This document shows, in pieces, positions 54,822-64,000 of a stretch of 64,000 nt of DNA. The position numbers and the translations under genes were made by a program. Each line of letters begins with the position of its first letter. The stretch's first letter is position 1. This stretch comes from Octopus sinensis (lineage: Eukaryota). The notes under the pieces were generated by a model. That model did no database searches, was not told the DNA's origin, and worked only from the letters and a program-made list of their open reading frames with translations. Where the stretch lies: contig NC_043010.1 in assembly GCF_006345805.1 (NCBI RefSeq), forward strand, positions 12,028,001-12,092,000. Reading direction: 5' to 3'.

Positions 54822-55043
54822 AAAGTTAATCCAAACAAGAAAGCACGAAAAAACACAACAATGTGAGGACATGGAACAAATATAGTATTATTGGACACTC
54901 AGGAAAGAAGGAAAGAAGGAGGGTTTAACGTTTCGAGCGGAGCTCTTCGTCGGAAACATAGGAGAAGGAAAGATCCAGAGAAGGGAAGACAGAGGAAAAA
55001 AAATCGCCAATGGTACACACGAGGTCACATTTTGAAAGGTCAC
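54822..55043 (-). mobile_element. PLE pLTR-like element between (TA)n tracts
   Basis: Hammerhead motif about 100 nt from its 3' end. A 3' stub of the same family is at 6301-6360. Confidence 0.7.
54923..54957 (-). ncRNA. Candidate minimal type I hammerhead ribozyme (U4C variant)
   Basis: GUUU-CCGACGA-A-GAGC(UCC)GCUC-GAAA-CGUU-AAAC, with palindromic AACGUU helix III. Confidence 0.62.
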
Positions 55044-55084
55044 ATATATATATATATATAATATATATATATACATATATATAT

Positions 55085-55371
55085 ACACACATTGATAGAA
55101 ATGGTAAGACAGCAAAAGAAAGAAAGAGACCTCAATATTAGGTAAATAGAGGAATTTAGCTGTAATTATAATATGCGACAATTATTTGGTAGCCATGATA
55201 AAACTCCGAGTTTCAGATGTCGGAGTGGAAAACTCCGCCACCATCTCTTCAGTTATCTGGTCATCGGATTTTTTCTGATGGCCGGATAACTGAAGAGATG
55301 GCAGCAGGGATTTCCACCCCAAAGTCCGAAACTCGGAGTTTTATCATGTCTACCGAATAATTGTGACATAT
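55085..55371 (-). mobile_element. PLE-like element with inverted 5' duplication (hairpin 55171-55371)
   Basis: About 95-bp arms around a TTTTT loop. Unique extension 55085-55170 abuts (TA)n. Confidence 0.75.
55197..55257 (-). ncRNA. Candidate type I hammerhead ribozyme (mirror copy on + at 55285-55345)
   Basis: GAUAA-CUGAAGA-GAUG[..CGGAG..CUCCG.]CAUC-U-GAAA-CUC-G-GAG-UU-UUAUC. Confidence 0.65.
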
Positions 55372-55388
55372 TACATTTACAGACACAC

Positions 55389-55421
<33 letters not shown>

Positions 55422-55425
55422 TTTA

Positions 55426-55630
55426 CGAGGTGGGAGCTAAAAAGTTCATAGGTTTGGGTAAAAGAAAATATAAGATGATCAGTTAATTATGATTTTGTCC
55501 CCTCTCAGATTCACACACTTACTGCAGTGGTCCTTCAGTTTTTCTCAGCCTGCAAAAGAACTGGGATGGTTGGGCCTCCAAGCAGGCCTTATGTGATGCC
55601 CTTGAAGCCAGGAACTTTTCAACACCTCTT
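55426..55630 (-). mobile_element. mariner-derived MITE (family of 1984-2199)
   Basis: Diverged reverse copy with TIR-like ends. Confidence 0.7.
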
Positions 55631-55772
55631 AATATGTACATATATAATTACTCCTATGCTTATTAATGACAATTTTCTTCCATTGGGGATTCATACATCC
55701 AAACACGAGAGACTATTTTCTATTGTCAACATTCAGTGAATGCTTAAAATTATATATATAAATATATATATA

Positions 55773-56001
55773 CCGGAGTAAACACATTAATGTGAAACAA
55801 GGTGGAAAAAAGAGTACTCAAATACCAGTGGTAGAGTAATATGCTTTATTTAAAGCAGCAGAAAATTTCACAAAACCTGTTACTCTGAGTTTCGCGTTGC
55901 CGTTCGTCGGACAGTTTTTGCCAGAAAAAAACTGTCTGACAAACGACAACGCGAAACTCAGAGTAACAGGTTTTGTGGAATTTTCTGCTGCTTTAAATAA
56001 A

Positions 56002-56007
<6 letters not shown>
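55773..56007 (-). mobile_element. PLE-like element with inverted 5' duplication (hairpin 55839-56007)
   Basis: About 80-bp arms; flanked by (TA)n on both sides. Confidence 0.75.
55877..55914 (-). ncRNA. Candidate minimal type I hammerhead ribozyme (mirror copy on + at 55932-55969)
   Basis: CUGU-CCGACGA-A-CG(GCAA)CG-C-GAAA-CUC-A-GAG-UA-ACAG, with GUA triplet and GNRA loop. Confidence 0.65.
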
Positions 56008-56038
<31 letters not shown>

Positions 56039-56349
56039 CATACACACACACTTATTTGAATTATATTATGAAATCCTTCGCATGTTTAGCCTTGGGTTCC
56101 ATCCCAAAGCATGCAACTTTATAGATACAAATATACAATCATTTCAAAATCTGTGAAAAAAAAAAGCTGAAAACTGAAACAATTCTCAGCCCAAGCAATT
56201 TTAATAAAAGGTTATTAACTGTTCATGGTGAAAAAATTGAAATATAAATTAAAAATACAATTTTCCTGCTGCATTGTTATTAAGTATTTTGGGCGCAAAA
56301 CATTTAGAATGTCTGAAATCTGTAGGTGTATTATTCATGTGAGTATACA

Positions 56350-56982
56350 TGTGTCTTTTTGTATGTATGTACATTCTGATAGGTAGGTACATATACATAA
56401 GTATATATACCTCTCTCTCTCTCTCTCCCTATATACAGACACACACAAACACACTCACATATACATGCATACACATGCACATACATACATACATATGTGT
56501 ATACACATACGTATACATATATATTTCATTTCATTTTCATTTTATCTAGTTTCAGCTCATGAGCTGTGACCATGCTGGGGCACCGCATATATACATATAT
56601 ATATAAAAATGTGCATGTATATATATATATATATACACACACACACAATTACCAAGACAACTACACACCATACATCTAGTGTAAATATTGTCTACATGTA
56701 ATATATTTGGTGTGCATGCAAATACATATAAAATACATGTAAACATATATAACAACACATTTAAGGTATAGAAGTTAGATATGTGTATGTGTATACATGT
56801 GTGTTTGTGTGTGTGTGTGGGTGGGTGTGCATTGACATATATGTGTATGTGTACATACATGTGTGAATAGGTGTACATGCATATAAGTAAACAAATAAGA
56901 GTATATATACATGTGTACGTACAAATGTACACACATACATACATGCATTCTTACATACATTTTGTATGTATATGTATTCATG

Positions 56983-57025
<43 letters not shown>

Positions 57026-57157
57026 TATATTATACATGAATATAATATTTTATTATGTTTAAATATATATGAATATATATATATATATATGAGTATATAT
57101 AAATATATATATATATATACATGAATATATATATGTATGATGTATATATATAAATAT

Positions 57158-57200
<43 letters not shown>

Positions 57201-57290
57201 ATGCATGTATGTATGTATATATGTACATGAGTTTATGTGTATATACACACAAACATACAGACACACACACATGCACACATACACACATGT
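56350..57290. repeat. (TA)/(CA)/(TG) low-complexity region
   Basis: Direct reading. Confidence 0.85.
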
Positions 57291-57837
57291 ATATAGTTAT
57301 TCATGGTGTGTGTTTCTGTCAAAACTTAAAATGGATCTTTGCATGCATTAATGACCCTTATTGAGAAAAAGACTCAGCCAACAGCGTCAACAACAATAAC
57401 AACAATACCATCCACAACAAAACTGAGGCAAAAATCTTTGTGGCGAAGTGGGGTAGGGGGTAGGGGGGTCACCAAAAATGAAAGGCAAGCTTACTTGTAT
57501 AGTGTTGTCTGCAGGGAGTTGCTTTAAATGTAGACACATCCTGTAGTTGCTGGTCAGGGGATGTGATGCTCTTGTTATTTACAAATCGGTGCTTGACTTT
57601 TTAGCTCTAGTGAGATGTGTGATTTTTGTGGAGTGGGTGAGACCGTTGAAAATTAGGACGAGATGCTTTAATGTGTGTAAAAAAAAACAATAACAACAAA
57701 AGAAAACTCCCAGAAATTGATGTGTGTGTGTGAGTGAGGGTGTGTTTGAATCATAGACAAAGAGGAAGAATTAAAATATATGTGTATGTAAGTGTGTATA
57801 GGTATGTGTACGTCTATCTAGCTCTCTGTCTATATTC

Positions 57838-57879
<42 letters not shown>

Positions 57880-58176
57880 GGAGAGAGAGAAAGAAAGAGA
57901 AAGAGAGAAAGAAGGAGAATGGAGAGGCAGACACTGGGAGTAGTAAAACACATACTGTATATTTAAGTTTCAGTAAGTTTTAGGCCATTAATTTAGTGTA
58001 CATTTGTATGTGCACAGACACCAATATGCATGTATCTATATGCATATATAAGTACATTTATATGTGTATGTGTGTGTGAGTGTTTATCTGAGGGTTTTTT
58101 TGATAGATTGATAGATAGAAGTATATGTTAATATATTCATATTTACATATATATCCTAATATATCTGTGTGTGTGT

Positions 58177-58765
58177 AAGGTGGCGAGCTGGTACAAACAT
58201 TAGCACACCAGGTGAAATGCTTAGTGGTATTTCGTCTGCCATTACGTTCTGAGTTCAAATTCCACCGAGGTCGACTTTGCCTTTCATCCTTTCGGGGTCG
58301 ATAAATTAAGTACCAGTCACGCACTGGGGTCGATGTAATCAACTTAATCTGTTTGTCTGTCCTTGTTTGTCCCCTCTGTGCTTAGCCCCTTTTGGGTAGT
58401 AAAGAAATAGGTATTTCATCTGCCGTTACGTTCTGAGTTCAAATTCCGCCGAGGTCGACTTTGCCTTTCATCCATTCGGGGTCGATAAATTAAGTACCAG
58501 TTACTCACTGCACTGGGGTCGATGTAATTGACTTAATACCTTTGTCTGTCCTTGTTTGTCCCCTCTATGTTTAGCCCCTTGTGGGCAATAAAGAAATAGG
58601 TATTTCGTCTGTCTTTATGATCTGAGTTCAAATTCTGCTGAGGTCAACATTGATTTTCATCCTTTCAGGGTCGATAAATGAAGTACCAGTTGCATACTTG
58701 GTCGATCTAATTGACTGGCCCCTTCCCAGAAATTTCGAGCTTTGTGCCTAGAGTAGAAAAGAATA
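58177..58765 (+). mobile_element. SINE C trimer (headed unit plus two head-less units)
   Basis: Junctions at 58410 and 58600. Confidence 0.88.
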
Positions 58766-58804
58766 TATCTGCGTGTGTGTGTACATATATATTTATTTAT
58801 TTAA

Positions 58805-58849
<45 letters not shown>

Positions 58850-58879
58850 ATTTATTTGTTTATATTTACACATACACAT

Positions 58880-58919
<40 letters not shown>

Positions 58920-58971
58920 TTTACAGTACAATGTATTAAAATACAAGCTACTAATACTTTCTTGCCATTAA

Positions 58972-59160
58972 CCCTTTAGCATTTAAACTGGTCAAATCCA
59001 GCCCAAATATTCCACCTGTTTTATGTTCAAACTGATCAGATCTGGCATCTCCCACCTACCCTGCAATGTCATTCTAAAAGATAAATAATCACATTATTGA
59101 AAGTTACAAGATAACACAGGGGTAATTCAAAATGAAGCGAATAAATAAACATTAGATAAA
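58972..59160. mobile_element. MITE E1, truncated
   Basis: TTAACCCTTTAGCATTTAAACTGG. Confidence 0.7.
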
Positions 59161-59282
59161 GTAATCTAAACCCTGAAGGACACATGGTTCGACAGATTGT
59201 TTGTGTCTTCAAGCAATCCTCAAGCTCTGAGCACATGGATTTTATTATTATTATTTTTTTTTTTTTTGAAAATAGAATAAAT

Positions 59283-59600
59283 TCATCATCATCATCATCC
59301 TCATCGTTTAACGTCCGCTTTCCACGCTGGCATGGGTTGGACGATTTGACTGAGGACTGGTGAACCAGATGGCTGCACCAGGCTCCAATCTTGATCTGGC
59401 AGAGTTTCTACAGCTGGATGCCCTTCCTAACGCCAACAACTCCGAGAGTGTAGCGGGTGCCTTTATGTGCCACCGGCACGGGGGCCAGTCAGGTGGTACT
59501 GGCAACGGCCACAAAAAAATCATGTTTTTTTGTTTACATGTCACCTGCACACCGGCACAAGTGCCAGTAAGGCGACGGTGGTTATGTCCGAATAACAAGA
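59283..59600 (-). mobile_element. SINE family D
   Basis: (CAT)n-CGTTTAACGTCCGCTTTCCACGCTGGCATGGGTTGGACG...CTGGATGCCCTTCCTAACGCCAAC. Confidence 0.87.
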
Positions 59601-59606
59601 AACTAT

Positions 59607-60047
59607 TACTCTTTACTCTTTACTCTTTACTCTTTACTCTTTACTCTTTTACTTGTTTCAGTCATTTGACTGCGGCCATGCTGGAGCACCGCCTTTAGTC
59701 GAGCAAATCGACCCCGGGACTTATTCTTTGTAAGCCCAGTACTTATTCTATCGGTCTGTTTTGCCGAACCGCTAAGTGACGGGGACATAAACACACCAGC
59801 ATCGGTTGTCAAGCAATGCTAGGGGGACAAACACAGACACACAAACCCACACACACAGACATATATATATATATATACATATATACGACAGGCTTCTTTC
59901 AGTTTCCGTCTACCAAATCCACTCACAAGGCTTTGGTCGGCCCGGGGCTATAGCAGAAGACACTTGCCCAAGATGCCACGCAGTGGGACTGAACCCGAAC
60001 CATGTGGTTGGTTAGCAAGCTACTTACCACACAGCCACTCCTGCGCC
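59607..60047 (-). mobile_element. SINE family A, full length
   Basis: Family A match. Confidence 0.9.
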
Positions 60048-60587
60048 TAGTGGTACTTATTTTCATAAAAGGTACCTTAAATTGTTTGTCTCTCACTAGA
60101 TGGGGTACTTTTTTTGTTGATCTTATCTTAATGGAACAGAAAACTATATAAGTATAACTATATAACACACATACACACGCAAGAACACATACACATACAC
60201 ACACATATACATATGTATTAGGAATACTCTTGTGATTTACAAGATTTACGGATTATGTTGTTAAAATTCATGTGTCACAAACTGGTCATATTTCTACAAT
60301 GCACAAAATATTTTAACAATTTTTTTCATACAGTTCCTTATAATATTTAATTATAAAAAATGCAATAGAAGTTTTTTAACCATTGAATCAGTCTGGGGAT
60401 CCAGCAGAGCAAAATAAGGATGAAAGGGATCCATAGACAGAAATTGTTTTGAACCATTGCTCTGCTATAAGCATCGCATTCAATTTTTCCTATGAACTTA
60501 ATATGTATGGTTGATTGTGTGTGTGTGTGTGCATGTGTGCATGTGTGCCTGCTTTTATAGATAGATGAATAGATAAATGTACATATA

Positions 60588-60619
<32 letters not shown>

Positions 60620-60636
60620 TGTGTGTGTGTGTATGT

Positions 60637-60938
60637 GGAGGCACATGGCCTCGTGGTTAGAGCAGTGGACTCGCGGTCGAGGGATCGCAAGTTCGAATCT
60701 CAGACCGGGCAATGTGTGTGTTTATGAGTGACACACCTAAGCTCCACGCGGCTCCGGCAGAAGGTAATGGCAAACTTCTGCTGACTCTTTTGCTACAACT
60801 TTCTCTCACTCTTTCCTCCTGCATCTTGCAGCTCACCTGCGATGGACCGGCGTCCCATCCAGGTGGAGAACCTATATGCCAAGGAAACTGGGAAACTGGC
60901 CCTTATGAGCCAGGCGTGGCTCAAGAAGGAACAAACAA
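60637..60938 (+). mobile_element. SINE with B head and tail type iii
   Basis: B head and body joined to the CTGCGATGGACCGGCGTCCCATCCAGG domain. Confidence 0.8.
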
Positions 60939-61123
60939 TATATATGGTGGAGAATAATAGAGGCATTGTAGCAACTGCCAAAAGCTAGAGAGAAGAAGCA
61001 ACATCTTTGAAGTTAGTAAGTTGCAATATGCTAAAGTAAAAAAATATTTTCCAACTGATGAAGATGAGCTACGATGAAAGTTACTCAAGTCTTGACAATC
61101 TCTTCTTTTTGTATATCTCAAAC

Positions 61124-61540
61124 TACTCTTTACTCTTTACTCTTTTACTTGTTTCAGTCATTTGACTGTGGCCATGCTGGAGCACCGCCTTTAGTTGAGC
61201 AAATCGACCCCGGAACTTATTCTTTGTAAGCCCAGTACTTATTCTATCGGTCTCTTTTGCCAAACCGCTAAGTGACGGGGACATAAAAACACCAGCATCG
61301 GTTGTCAGGCAATGCTAGGGGGACAAACACAAACACACAAACACATACACACATACATATATATATATACATATATACGACAGGCTTCTTTCAGTTTCCA
61401 TCTACCAAATCCACTCACAAGGCATTGGTCGACCCGGGGCTATAGCAGGAGACACTTGCCCAAGATGCCACGCAGTGGGACTGAACCCAGAACCATGTGG
61501 TTGGTTAGCAAGCTACTTACCACACAGCCACTCCTGCACC
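61124..61540 (-). mobile_element. SINE family A, full length
   Basis: Family A match. Confidence 0.9.
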
Positions 61541-61752
61541 TACATTGCTCTTGTTTTAATATTGTAAAGTGTAATTTTTTTATTTTTAATTATTTATTTG
61601 TATGTATATCAACATCTTTGTCTAGATATATGAACATTACTTTAAAATTGGTTACATACAAGCTATACTGGAGGTTAGAATCGAACTAATTTTCTAGTTC
61701 TGAATAGGAAACTTTGTCTCTAAAATTCAATTTTGATAGAGCTCACATTTAA

Positions 61753-61971
61753 CCCTTTAGTGTTCAGATTATTGAATCAAACATAATGCTTATTGATTCC
61801 CATTGATTTGAATTAGTCATGCATTGTCTCATATCTTCAAGAGCTTGATGGTGTAATTACTTAATGTAGAATAACATTGTAGGGTAGGTGTGAGAGCCTG
61901 GATCAGGTTAGTTTGAACATAAAACAGATTAACTATTTTGGCTGGATATGGCCGGTTTAAATACTAAAGGG
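61753..61971. mobile_element. MITE E1, complete
   Basis: TTAA-CCCTTTAG...CTAAAGGG-TTAA. Confidence 0.85.
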
Positions 61972-62932
61972 TTAAACACCAATAAGATCTAGTAAGATCA
62001 AGCATTTTTACTGAATTTGAAACTTCAAGTTTTGGCTAAAGGATTTTAGACTAAAAACAGTTTCCTTGTTATGTGTGATATTTTGGGTTGTTGAAATAGA
62101 TTTCATGTTATCTCATATCTAGGTTTGTCGTGAGACCTAGGACTCATAAGGCCAGACCTTAGGCTGGTTTTCATAGTGTATCAGTGATTATAATACTCAC
62201 ATCCTGGATAGAACATTGGTCCATTGCAAGTTAACTTCCCAGTTATTCCTGGAACACAGTTTACAGATAAGAGGACTGGAATAATGTGGTATGGAAGAAA
62301 AAAGGTGTAATTCACCTCCCTCATGGGTCCTCAAATAACGTCAATCTTTTTCATTTGGTGTTTGTCTGTAGGAGACCTACCCACATAACCTCTGGCCAGA
62401 ACCTAATGGCAAATTCCCCTCACCTATACAGACACCCTAAACGATAGTTCCAAAGTGAAAGAGGCTTGCACTAGTCATCCTTCCACTCATATGACCTCCC
62501 TCACTCCTCTCCTGCCAGCAAGGCCCCTCAGCTGTTAGTGTGACGTCACTGATCCTATACTTCCAGTCCCTCTTTCTTGCTGGCAACCCTCACCTGTTTC
62601 CACACATAGTAATATTTTCCAATGTCTAGACAGTATTTGCACATAGAACTGGAAATGAACAGCCTCACATGTATGATGATGATGATGATGATGCTCATTT
62701 GCAGCCATTACATTATGTCCAGACAAGGGAACAGGGGCTTCTTTCACTTTCCATTAACCAAATCCACTCACAAGACTTTGGTCATCCTGGTGCTATAATA
62801 GAAGACACATACTCAAAGTGCTGTACAATGGAAGTAAAGCCAAGAACACATGGTTTGGAAGAAAGTTTCTTAACCACACAGCCCTACCTGTGCCAATAAA
62901 TGTCTACCACAGAACTATGAATTACTAGTTCC

Positions 62933-63598
62933 TTATTTCTTTATTGCCCACAAGGGGGTAAATATAGAGGGGACAAACAAGGACAGACAAAGGGATTAAG
63001 TCGATTACAATGACCCCAGTGTGTAACTGGTACTTAATTTATTGACCCTGAAAGGACGAAGGGCAAAGTTGACCTCGGAAGAATTTGAACTCAGAACATG
63101 ACGGCAGAAGAAATACCTATTTCTTTACTACCCACAAGGGGCTAAACACAGAGGGGACAAACAAGGACAGACAAAGGGATTGAGTCGACTACAACGACCC
63201 CAGTGCATAACTGTTACTTAATTCATCAAGGCGGCGAGCTGGCAGAAACGTTAGCACGCCGGGCGAAATGCATAGCTGTATTTCGTCTGTCGTTACATTC
63301 TGAGTTCAAATTCCGCCAAGGTCAACTTTGCCTTTCATCCTTTCGGGGGTCAATAAATTAAGTACCAGTTATGCACTGGGGTCGATGTAATCGACTTAAT
63401 CTGTTTGTCTGTCCTTGTTTGTCCTCTCTGTGTTTAGCCCCCTTGTGGGTAGTTAAGAAATAGGTACTTAATTCATCAACTCCTAAAGGACGAAAAGCAA
63501 AGTCAACCTCGGCAGAATTTGAACTCAGAACATAACGGCAGACGAAATACCTCTAAGCATTTCACCTGGCATGCTAAGGTTTCTGCCAGCTCACTGCC
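62933..63598 (-). mobile_element. SINE C dimer (minus) containing a plus-strand SINE C (63230-63464) with 15-bp TSD
   Basis: TACTTAATTCATCAA at 63215-63229 and 63465-63479. Confidence 0.87.
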
Positions 63599-64000
63599 TA
63601 GTTCCTTAAAATGTTCAACCATCCGTATGGATTTTCAAATGTAAGGTTTCTCAATGTAGGATCAGAGGCATAGACAGGTTCTAAAGTTAGGGGTAGGGAA
63701 TACATAAAAGAAAAGGCACTCTGACACATACCAAATAATTTTATACTCATTTTTCTTATATTACACAAAATATTTCATTAGATATAATATCCTTAATTGT
63801 ATTCTACATTCGTTAATTTCATGCTTCTGTAACTATGTCGTTATGTACGAAACTTACAACTATTGATATAGGTGAGACATGAAAATGATTAAACTCTACA
63901 GGATCATTTAATGTCTAGAAGTTATGACATCAAGGTTTGTTTTGGTTCTTAGATGTTAGTAGCCACCAACACATCACAGGTCATTGAGCAAACATCATCA

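Overview
Repeat-saturated, AT-rich eukaryotic DNA with no intact protein-coding gene I can support. Most ORFs in the supplied track are microsatellite artefacts. The SINE families and the microsatellite load look like an Octopus-type (coleoid cephalopod) genome; this is recognition from memory, not a search. Content: four abundant short-retroposon families (here A, B, C, D), TTAA-flanked and Tc1/mariner/pogo-type MITEs, and decayed Tc1 and mariner transposases. There are also a Penelope-like (PLE) RT/GIY-YIG remnant, fragments of CR1/L2, R4/Dong and RTE LINEs, a histone H4 pseudogene and one 100-N gap. The most interesting signal is a set of short PLE-like elements, mostly sitting in (TA)n, that carry minimal type I hammerhead-ribozyme folds with non-canonical cores. 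Several are duplicated in inverted orientation into long hairpins (54.8-56.0 kb, 28.1 kb, more weakly 31.1 and 41.2 kb). Also notable are a ~0.9 kb inverted duplication spanning 29.1-36.5 kb and head-less SINE multimers with recurrent junctions.
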